DNA of 17,022 bases from positions 462,647-479,668 of the forward strand of contig NW_002060953.1 in the NCBI RefSeq assembly GCF_000150275.1. Direction: 5' to 3'. The notes under the pieces were generated by a model. It ran no database searches. It saw only the letters and a list, made by a program, of their open reading frames with translations, and was not told the DNA's origin. Below, in pieces: positions 1 to 10,012 of this stretch (the stretch's first letter is position 1; the number at the start of each line of letters is the position of its first letter). Position numbers and translations under genes: made by a program. This stretch comes from Trichoplax adhaerens. Its lineage: Eukaryota > Animalia > Placozoa.

Positions 1-316
1 ATTTATGCTGTGCTGTAATGTGTACTGAAATGATTCTGTGAATGGACATATTGTAGTCCGACTGTGAAAAACTAGTTAGTAGATATTCTCACCTAAGTAT
101 TTTTATAAGATGACTTGTGAATGTTAGCTGCTATAGAAGGGTATATAAGCCCGTCAGATAGTTGAATAAAGCAGTTCTCAATTGTATAGTTATTTTAACG
201 TAGAATCAAAGGCGTCTAAATTCTTGTGAAGTAGTTAAGGGATACTGAATCCCGGAGACTATAGTAATTTAGAGATTTGTTTTACGTTATCCTTGTCACG
301 AAGCTGGTTTGTGACA
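1..316 (+). mobile_element. E0: solo-LTR-like element, 5' end outside the window
   Basis: TATATAAGC at 142-150 and AATAAA at 165-170. It ends in the hairpin TGTCACGAA-gctgg-TTTGTGACA (294-316). The last ~50 nt resemble the reverse complement of 3774-3820. The TSD cannot be checked. Confidence 0.65.
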
Positions 317-845
317 AGAGCATGATACGTTAGGAAAGTTATTACAGAATTTGGAATCATAGGCAAGGCTCAACGACCTTTAGATTTGATTTGTCTAATC
401 GACTTACAAACTCTTATATATCATCATCTTCTATCAAATCTCTTCATTTATGAAGGTATTAATTTATAAGTCGTGTCCAAAACTGTCAAATTGTATAGAA
501 TTTACGCGGTATAGAAAGCAAGAACTACTAAAAGAAAGGATATTGGTACTATAGAAATTATCATTCACTGTTTTTATATATTTTTAATCATTATATTCTT
601 ATTGCATCTTGCTATTGTAGGCCAATAATCGTAAGTTATTATTAAAAGTAATGTAATATTTAACAATAATTTAAGTACTAAAATTGACACAGCTACTAAA
701 ATCGATTCCGATCAATATATCAGGAGAAAACATAACCGATGGTGATGCATTGTATGAATATAAAATTAGACTATCGAAGCAAGTTGTTAACTAAACTACA
801 ATCAGTAAAAGAGAAAATATTTCCCTAGGTAAATACAATAGTTGA

Positions 846-851
846 TTTATT
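846..851 (-). terminator. Putative polyadenylation signal for GPCR copy 1
   Basis: AATAAA on the minus strand ~410 nt past the stop codon. Equivalent hexamers lie at 10007-10012 and 16620-16625. The AT-rich context weakens this. Confidence 0.35.
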
Positions 852-1261
852 TCATTATTAATAATTCAATACATTCACTAATCTATTTACGAGCAAAGAT
901 TTAAATAATAGCCTCCAAATACATTCAGTACGATTTTACAAATTCATCAATAGATAAGCACGTATTTTTATCCTAGTATCTATGGATATCATTGAATTGA
1001 TTAGATTCTTTACTCCGAAGAAGTCATTTTTTCGGCAGAGAGTTAATATCGCGGCTACTGCTTGCGAGAAATATCTTATTAAAATTACTTCATAATAGTA
1101 CATATATATTGTTTTATATTACTTGCAATACTACATCTGGAGATTAGTGTTAATAAATATTCTTTATGATATTCTTTTAGTTGTCTCTGTCCAAGATAGA
1201 TCCTAAAAGTTTATAATTCATCTAATTCATCCTTCTTTTTATCCGTTTCTATTAAATATTG

Positions 1262-2362
1262 TCAGACTTTCGTAGAAGAAAAATTTTTTTTTTGTGTACT
1301 GACTTGGATAATTATTGTATTGCCATCATCTTCATACTTATTACAAGATTTACAACAGCAGCACCATTTAGGCAAAGCGTCTCGTAATGCACTATTAAAT
1401 ATTAAATATATGATCGGATTTTGTATACAGCAAAGGACTGAAATCGCTAAGCCAACTGTAATCAACGAAGATAAAACTGGATGAACATTATGACGTAATT
1501 CTGCTATTGTCATTTTTTTGGCTGCAGCAGCTACCATAATAATAGGTACTGGAAAAGATGTTATCATATAGACTACAGAAGCAACTACAATCATTTTAAT
1601 AGTAGATATTGTACGTCTTCGGTACACTTGGAAATTATCTCTATAGGAAGAAGCAGAAGAATCGAGATGGCTATTAACTACGGTTACCTTTAGACGTAAG
1701 ATGATTTTTCTATAAGTTACGATCATAACTACTACAGGAAGACAAAAATTCGATATTAAAACAGCAACAAAATAGGGTAAATTATAATTATCGCCGTAAT
1801 AGTAAATATCACAAGTGCCATCAGCAGTAACTTGTAGTAAATGGAGTTGAGGACTGTTGGTTGCAGCAGCATAAATCCAAATAAGTACTATTACTATTTT
1901 AATTCGTCTATTTCCTTTTAATGATGGCTTATAGATTTGATTATCTTGCATAATATAGTAACGATCGATTGCTAAAGCTGCTAAGCACAGAATAGAAACA
2001 GTAAAGCTCATACTTAATATAAATGTTGTACATTTACAAACAATATGGTGTAGCATAGTAACTTCGCCTTGGCGAACATTTGAAATGAATGTATAAAGAA
2101 TTAAACCGAATAAGGTAATAATATCGGAAATACTGATATTAAAAATGAAGGCGTAGATGGAAGAGTTGAGTAATTTCTTCTTTATAATAGCATAACAGAT
2201 AACAAAATTAAGACCGATGCCGATGAGAGAAATGATTACCGTAGAATACATCTGGGCTCCAAGATTACGAGGAAAAATTACAGTACAATTAAGGCAAGTA
2301 TCATTTAACATCTCGCTACTATTGACTAACTCCAAATTAGAAGTGAAATTTAAGCCTGTCAT
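1262..2362 (-). CDS. Class A (rhodopsin-like) 7TM GPCR, copy 1, orphan/peptide-receptor-like; 366 aa from the first ATG
   Basis: The translation has 7 hydrophobic segments with N1.50 (GIGLN), D2.50 (ISISD), C3.25, DRY (AIDRYY), W4.50 (LIWIY), an ECL2 Cys (GTCD), P5.50/Y5.58, TM6 TSFP, NPxxY (QNPIIY), helix 8 and a Cys-rich tail (WCCCCKSC). N-terminal sequons are NFT, NSS, NDT and NCT. The ORF-track start at 2407 is TTG; the first ATG is at 2362. Confidence 0.93.
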   Translation of the reverse strand: MTGLNFTSNLELVNSSEMLNDTCLNCTVIFPRNLGAQMYSTVIISLIGIGLNFVICYAIIKKKLLNSSIYAFIFNISISDIITLFGLILYTFISNVRQGEVTMLHHIVCKCTTFILSMSFTVSILCLAALAIDRYYIMQDNQIYKPSLKGNRRIKIVIVLIWIYAAATNSPQLHLLQVTADGTCDIYYYGDNYNLPYFVAVLISNFCLPVVVMIVTYRKIILRLKVTVVNSHLDSSASSYRDNFQVYRRRTISTIKMIVVASVVYMITSFPVPIIMVAAAAKKMTIAELRHNVHPVLSSLITVGLAISVLCCIQNPIIYLIFNSALRDALPKWCCCCKSCNKYEDDGNTIIIQVSTQKKNFSSTKV

Positions 2363-2410
2363 AGCGCTGGGAATGAGGCGAACGACCACGGCAAACTTGT
2401 ATTTCAATCA

Positions 2411-2431
2411 CTAAAAGTATGAATAAAATAT
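2411..2431 (-). promoter_or_regulatory. Putative 3' splice acceptor upstream of the GPCR coding exon (paralog at 11571-11590)
   Basis: The minus strand reads ...ATACTTTTAG|TGATTGAAATAC in both copies, a T-rich tract ending in TAG. Confidence 0.45.
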
Positions 2432-3773
2432 AATGCAATACATATGATTAAAATAAACAGTTGTCAGTAGCCCAATATATGGTATTCTATTTACGTAAAT
2501 TATTAATGTCTTAGTGAATCATATTTTAGTTTAGATCACGTATGATAGAATGCTTGTAGACAGCAATAGATGTTAACAGCGACGCTATTTATTTAGTGCT
2601 GGTAAAGTATAGAAATCCAATAAATATTAATATGGTTTTTCAAGGATATCACTAGACTTTTACTCTAATTTATGAGCATATAAGCAGTTTACCGTAATTT
2701 GGATATTTCAAATAACAACGCAATATGATCTTTGATCTATAAATCTAAGCTAAGAAGGATTCAGTCGATTCCAGTTTAGTCTTCAGATCTAATAAATAAT
2801 GTAAGCAATGTTACTATGTTACTGGACGTCAGATTAGATCAAGTTAATCTAAACGTCTATTCTAAATTACAATCCGCTATCGTTAATATAAAATAGACAA
2901 GAACTGAGATAGTTTAAATGTCGTAAGATAAGATGAAATCTCTTCAAGTATATTATTAAGATATCAATCCAATCAAAGCAATTGCGTAATTATAAGCTTC
3001 CTTAGAATACGATATAGTAAGCTCTATCTTAGAGAATTACATTATCATCCTACGAAATTATACGCGTAGAGAATAGTTTATCTTCTAGTTAGTATAATAT
3101 ACCTAGAAGAAATACACGATAATAGTTTACGGTATAGCTTGTATCAGACAATCAGGCCAAGAAATTCTTCATTCTAATTTAGTCCAAATATGCAATCAAC
3201 TAAGAGTAATTACGCAAAGTTAAAGTTTGTAAAAATATTATGAGATAGCTTTTAATCTTGTATTATATAGTTAATCTAAAACAACGATTTGTCTATGTGA
3301 AATCAGCGATACTTATCATGTATTTGATGTAATATCTACAAAAGCAATTATTTATTTCTTGTTTATTATAAAAACAAAAATAATAAACCCAATTGATAAA
3401 AGGGGTTAACCGCTATAGTAAAGTAATTTTGACCTCGACAAAATATTAATTAATAAGTAGTTATAGCTACCCGTTGCGCTCATTCGAGTTGGCTTAAATC
3501 TAATCGAACGATTAGTGTAATAGTAATACATGAGTAACTAGGGATCTAGTTTGGACTATTATACAGTAGATTTGAGTCGCAGTTTGTAAGAAAACTTCTA
3601 GACCTCTTTTATGGTATGCTATAAATAATCTTTTGAGAAAAGGTAAATGATCTGATATTTGATCTACGTATAATTAAGAATAGACTTAAGATTCTATTGA
3701 TTGAATGCGATCGATCAGGTGTAATCTCATGTAAACTCATTTGAATACATTAAATAAACTATGGCTATATATT

Positions 3774-4361
3774 TGTCACAACCCTCACTTGTGGCAAAGG
3801 AAAGTAAAGAACTCTAGTGTAGTTACTTAAAACTTGGGCTATTTCTCCCAGTACTTTCAGTTTCTATGAGAGAAGTATTTGAGAACTCGATTTCTCGGCT
3901 GATCTCCACAGACAACTGACTAATTATTACACTATTCTTCACGATATGAGTCTTACCGTTTCTTGAGCAATTACTTTCTTTATTCTACAAACACACGCGC
4001 TTAAATAGATTTCTACAGTGAATTCCAATATTAACGAGTGAGAATTCATGCTTTACAAGTTACATTAATTAGTATAATACCATTACTAAATATACATGTC
4101 GATATTCTCAGACTTAGATAGCTACAAGCTATCAGGTGTTAAGACGCTTAACCTTCGTCCATATACAGCTCCATTTTTAGAGATTAACACACCTTATAAA
4201 CCTACAGTAAATTAACTGCTAACAACTTCTATTTTTATCTCACTTCTACCATCCTATTATCAGCTACAAGCGCATTAAAACATAGCACATAACCTTATCT
4301 TATCTATTCACAAGCATTCATTAATTTACAGTTACTTAATTAGTAACGGCGTACCGTGACA
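3774..4361 (-). mobile_element. E1: 588 bp solo-LTR-like element
   Basis: TGTCAC...GTGACA ends. Perfect 5 bp TSD ATATT (3769-3773 and 4362-4366). Empty site with a single ATATT in the paralogous flank (GGCTATT-ATATT-AAGCTC, ~12820-12837). Minus-strand TATTTAAGC-N14-AATAAA at 4007-3979. Terminal hairpin at 3774-3796. Confidence 0.88.
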
Positions 4362-7300
4362 ATATTAAGCTCGATTAATCAACTAACGTCAAGACACAGA
4401 CGCTATTGATGATAAATCTATAGCAATGATTAGGATTTACGTAGATATAAAATGTTTAAAGTAATTATTTGATCAAATTTCATATAAATCACAATAGACT
4501 ACAGCGTAGCATGAGTTCTATTATATCCCTGTTTAAAATATTCACCACATTAACTTCCATGACTTACTATTAAAAACTATTGTTAAAATACTGCTTTCGT
4601 AATAAAATTGCTTTGAGTAAATCAGCTGTGTAAGCGTACAGTATCTATTTGATCGAATAAAATAACGATGGCTATTGAATTCGACTTCTTTATTGTTCTA
4701 GAAGGGAATAGACGCATGTCATGATATATATTTAGAATAGCTGCGGTTATATTGCGTGAAGCATTTGAGACATTCGTATACTCGTATATCTATATTCGAT
4801 CTTAATCTCAAATCCAGTAATATACAATTGCAATGGTTTGCATAGAATAAAATATGTTAGTGGACTGTGGCTAATAATGAAAGGGTGAAGTACGGTATTC
4901 ATTCTAATACCAAGTACTGAGAGCCGGGACTGATAGCTGATAGACTGTGCCCAAATTTGTTAGTACTCTATTACAGCTAAAAATTTATTTAAGAAAAGTT
5001 GTTTAATAAATGTTAGTAATAGCGGCAGTTTCCGATCTGAAAAGCGCCATAAAACAATAGCTTTGTAAGGTATACCATTCCGTGCTATTTCTTGATACGA
5101 TAAAGTAAAACAATATTTTAAATGTGATACGAAATTCGATTTTTATAATAAAAGGTCTGTTAAGCATTGGGTTAAGTAGTTGAATATTAAGGAGTTTGTT
5201 ATTATTATTATTAACATTTCAACATTTTCCTATATTATTATTTCTAAAGAATCACTTTATTACGGTAAATGATATTGATATTATCACACTCTACCAGTGA
5301 TTGCAGCCATACTTTAGACTTGATAATATAAGATTCCTTACGTTCTATGACATAATTTGCTGGAGTAAAGTTGGTGATAGATTTCTACAGATGATAAATG
5401 ATAAACTATAGCTGCTAATGATTAAAAGTAGATCGAAGGTCAGTCATATAAAGAGAAATTGTTGAGAGTAGGCATATTTACTAAAAATTAATCCGTCTTA
5501 GACCATCCTGATTAAATCACAGCGAACACAGTTACAAAGAATAGTCTTACAGTTAACATTTATTTACTATGATCATTACACTGTAAGTCTAATATCTATA
5601 TACTTGCATTAGAGTCTTAAGGAACTTGGAACCTGAAATCTAAGAAAGACGAAAAACTATGATACCGAAATATAGCATCTACTGATTACTTAATAAAACT
5701 TAACTGTTCTTCAATTTATCAATAGTATAACACTATTTCCTGACAGTGTAGGGAGAGAGAAAAGAGTAGTTCGTATAGGCTTTCATCTGCTTGATTGCTA
5801 TCATGAGAATCAGAATTAGAAATTATTTAATTTGCTAAGTTTATAATCTATTAAAGTTTCTATTACGCACCCATGTATAAAAATCTCCTTTTAAGTTCAA
5901 TTAGAATAAGACTGTTTTCTCAGCATACTTACGGATACTCTATTTTACTAAGTAGAACTAGAGACAATAGAATAATTCGCATTATGGAGTATTATGCTAT
6001 TAATTCATTTGCTGAAACGGTTACATTATGGCGTAGCCTTATTATACATATAGAAATTTCTATAAATTATGCTTTATTAATCTTGAAGTAACTCATCTGA
6101 TTTTTGGACATATATTATTTTTCTCAGATTATGCATGAACGTTACTCTCTATTTGTTATAATTATTTGACTATCAGTATGTCTTATAAATCACCTTCATT
6201 ACGCTTGGTGTATATTATTGTAGGTAACTCCATAATAGTAAAAATTCTCGGAACTCTAATGATTGTACTATTATTACATTACTTTATTACACTTAATGAA
6301 TTTATTTCATAATGAGCAAGTTTGTAATAGTAGATTTCTTCAACAATTATATTAATTATGCTATTGTAAGATTAATTTATTGCACTTAACGAATTTACTA
6401 CATTATAGGTCAGAATATTATTTCAATATAAGGAGGCATTTAACAGTAAAATTTTTTAGAAACTGCAATAGTTATACTGTTACCGGATTATTCTTTAACT
6501 TAGTTTTTTTATTACAAACAATTACGAATAGAATAAGTGACCGACATATATCATTAGTTAAAGTGTAAAAATTACGATTAGTTTACATTGCAGGTATACT
6601 TCATTATATGAAAACGCATAATTAAGATCTAAGTGATCTTTTTTTCGTTTGAAGATTCTTTTTTTCTATACTATAGACATTATAAACGTATACCTATCTA
6701 AGATGGCATAAAGTAGTATAGTTTTAATACCAAAAATGAAAATTTTACAGTATAATTACTTTATATCAACTGGTATGAACGTTAGAAGTGCTATGCTTTA
6801 GAGAATTATATTTAAAGTAAAAGACATAAGGCACGGATGGTTTGATTATTGTAACAATGCTGCATTATTTTAATATATAATTTATTATTAAAATATTCAG
6901 CTACCGGAGTCATATAAATTATCCCTAAATAGTTTCGAGAATTTCTGAAACAGTGAATAAAATCAGAATACTTTTCTAAACAATTTAACATTTTATTTCA
7001 GCCATTATTCTATGCTGATGTAAAGATATTGCATTTGGTAGTCCTTTTATGAATTTTTTATGTGCAAGAAATTTATTTCATTCTCAAATTATCTAATTCT
7101 AACTACTCCTCTAGTCAGATCGATCGTATGAGTACAGTAATTTCCTATTTGATTTCTTTAATTGCCAGTAGTAACTCTACCTCTATTGCAATCACGATAA
7201 ATTAGTGTCTCTTCTAGGGTATAACAATTACTAACAAGGGATAACAATTATAACCTTATTACTGAAACAACCTAAACATCCTATTCTAAAATTTTATTCA

Positions 7301-7968
7301 ACATACTTTTATATTTATTTTAAAACTTATGAAAAATAGAATCGGGTAAACTCGCCGTTCAATCAATGGACAATAATTCATGCCAAATGCCGCAAATAGC
7401 ATATCTATTAGATTTAGTAAATTTCTCTGAATTACTTAACATGGATTAAGATCTTTAGTAGACAAATATAAATTTCACTTTTGCTTTCGCATGTCGCAGA
7501 GGTAATTCATATAGAACTATTCTTGTATAGTTTGTCTGTTATCAAAATTTACACAGCAACAGTGTACTTCTATTATTAACTTAAAAGTATGCAATATAGA
7601 GAAGTATACGATCATGTGTCGTGCTTTCATTTCAATCCAATTACTAAACATTTAATTGTATAATTATTTCAAGAATCCATAAAGTATTACGATTGCTAAG
7701 TGAAATCGTCCTGAATTTTCATAATTTCGGATAGAATACTCATATAAAAGTGGATCTCAACAACAGCGAGTACGGTTTAGGCATAACTTACTAAGGTTGG
7801 AAATTAATTATAGAATTTCCAGTTATAGATAAGGTTCGACAGTTTTTAATCTTACTTAATCCACTTACAAACTCCTAGAAGTCATCATCTTCTATTAACT
7901 CTTCATTTATGCAGGTATTAATTTATAATCGAGTCCAAATCTTTCAAATTGTCTAGAATCTATGTAGT

Positions 7969-9706
7969 TGTCACAAATCGAAATTTGTGATATTAACCCA
8001 CATAAGGACTCTAAATACTGACGATCTTCTATCGTGAGGAGGAACAGTAGCATTACCAGTCTCTCTTAGACATGACTGAACCCAGACTGTATTGAAAAGT
8101 CGATCAGTTTATAGTCAATCGATATAACCAGTAATTATCGGTTTATAATGATATTATAATGTAATGAAATGAAAAGCGTAGAGATCAAGCTACAAAACTT
8201 TAACAAACTTTGATTCTACTTTCGTTGCACTCTGGTCGACTTAACGCTAATACTTTGACACTAAATAAAATTTGGGGAAATAACCCAACAACAATTTATT
8301 ACGAAACAAAAATGGAGAGAAGTATAAACCCAACAACCTTACAAATACTTAGCTTTAAGTATTAATAAAATAAATGACAGACTTAAAAACTGTCAACGAC
8401 CAAATAACCTTTCAAAAAGAAGAACGTTCTAACTTACGACAATTCGACCCCGAAGGCCTTTTAAATTCAACAAGTTCTTCAAATAAAATCTTCTTCTACT
8501 TTCCCTTTAAATTTTCGAATTGCACTATCATTTATAGACTTCGTAGAGCCGTCAGAGGTATTTAAAACTAAACATTTGCTAACCAATCGCTCTCAAGATC
8601 CGTTTTAGAAAACTACTTTGCTCCATTTAAGAAAACAAAAATCATTCAAAGTTCAGACACAATTTACCCTACGATTCCCTTACAAAACACTATAAAACTA
8701 ACAAGCTAACTATAAAAATACATCAAACTTCACTTTTAACGTAATTTCTATCATTAATACATTATAAAAGTCTACAAATCAACCTTTAAACATCAAAATT
8801 TAGTCATAAAAACAACATTCTAACTACCTAACAATCAACACAACCTCTGCCAATTTCCATCTTATTTTTCTATTTTCCTCACTAAATTCTCCTAATGTGA
8901 CTTCAAGTCACGTCATAAAATTCCAAAGTTTCAAATTCATAACAAAAAGTCCAAATTTCAAAAATCAATTCTTACGATATTTTTTATGAACAAAAATCCA
9001 AAAATTAAAACAGAAAAATTATAATTCAGACATAAATTAAAAACAAACCGGACCGGTTCCAAAACAGGAAAATTACATCGGACACAAATCCGGCCAGTTC
9101 CGGAATTCGAATCCGAAAAATTCGGTTTTTATGAAGATCACAGTAATCGCTTATCAAAAAAATTTATATGACTATTACGACTACTTTTCTGACATTAGTA
9201 TCGCTGAGTATTGACAGTTGATGTTTTAGCGTCAGATTGTACTGTAACTGTACGATTATAGACTACATTATAGTACTTTATCGTCATGTTATAAATCCCC
9301 TTTCTCTAAGGATAGGGTTTTGCTACTAAGTCAAACTCCTTTACAATTTGAATAGACGATCAAACGCCCTTTCTTTAGGTTAGGCATTTGCTCTAGGGCT
9401 ACTTCTATAGTAATCTATATGATACCTTGTAAAATAATGAAGAAGAAAAGATGGCGACATGATGATTTGGCAGGGTAAAATTTAAAGACACTATCACTTT
9501 CTAGGTATTTTCTATAGTGAAATAGTACTAGTTACATACTAAAAGCTACAAAAGACTCTACTTTTAGTCCTTTACTACAATAAAACTATGTAGTTATCTA
9601 TTAAAAATATGTAAACATCATAGTTAACCGTATGTAAATACATTCCTAGATAAAATATCTTTTGGAAGCTATATTTCGACAGCTATGTGCAAGTTACTCC
9701 GTAACA
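7969..9706 (-). mobile_element. E2: solo-LTR-like element (same insertion as E7) interrupted by nested E3
   Basis: TGTCAC...GTAACA ends. TSD GTAGT (7964-7968) / GCAGT (9707-9711). Empty site GCGGT at 506-510 in unit 1. Confidence 0.85.
8160..9579. mobile_element. E3: 1420 bp insertion with TGTA...TACA ends, nested in E2; class unresolved
   Basis: Absent from the near-identical E7 (single GTAA at ~16188-16191). Flanked by ATAA (8156-8159 and 9580-9583). Ends TGTAAT...ACTACA. No recognisable ORF. Confidence 0.75.
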
Positions 9707-10006
9707 GCAGTGTAGAAAGTAGGACTGCCAAAAGAAAGTAGACTAGCATAAACTATCATTTATTGCTTTATATATATGCGACCATTATGCTCGTACATCT
9801 TCATATTATAGGCTCATAGTTTTAAATTATTAAGGTGCTCAAATTGACATAGTTAGTAAAATCGTTTCCGATTAATATATCAGGAGAAAACATGACCGAT
9901 GGTAATACATGTGTGGATGTAAAGTTATTCTATCGAAGTAAGTCGTTAAAACTAAATTACAATCAGTAAAAGAGAAAGTATTCCCCTAAACAAACACTAT
10001 AGTTGA

Positions 10007-10012
10007 TTTATT
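10007..10012 (-). terminator. Putative polyadenylation signal for GPCR copy 2
   Basis: AATAAA on the minus strand ~400 nt past the stop codon, at the position homologous to 846-851. Confidence 0.35.

Larger units (their letters stand above)
320..5605. repeat. Tandem duplication unit 1 (3' flank, GPCR and ~3 kb upstream), older paralog of ~7780-13812
   Basis: Colinear similarity by eye: 330-510 with 7797-7968; 511-1261 with 9712-10413; the genes; 2410-3090 with 11570-12230; 3310-3773 with 12425-12831; 4520-4830 with 12840-13145; 4975-5605 with 13320-13812. Confidence 0.88.

Noticed and set aside
1262-2362. Opsin or aminergic receptor identity
   Set aside because: Position 7.43 is Val, not the retinal-binding Lys, and 3.32 is Leu/Ser, not Asp. 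No gene symbol can be justified.
2217-2414. 65 aa + strand ORF
   Set aside because: Antisense shadow of the GPCR N-terminus with no independent support.
3774-4361. Helitron or MITE interpretation of the hairpin-ended elements
   Set aside because: Helitrons make no TSD and end in CTRR. MITEs need longer TIRs than the ~6 bp seen here. The 5 bp TSD with TG...CA ends and a TATA/polyA module fits integrase-type LTR elements better.
5721-6860. Possible extra element ends (CCTGACA at 5739-5745, TGTTACCGGA at 6478, GTAACA at 6851-6856)
   Set aside because: No matching TSD pairs, no family terminal hairpin and no paralogous empty site to test.
7216-7250. AGGG(T)ATAACAATTA direct repeat resembling part of an I-SceI site, at the unit 2/3 homology breakpoint
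   Set aside because: Only a partial match. It is more simply a short local duplication at a rearrangement junction.
8374-8565. 63 aa ORF in E3 as a possible gag or transposase fragment
   Set aside because: No recognisable motif on either strand, and the length is expected by chance.
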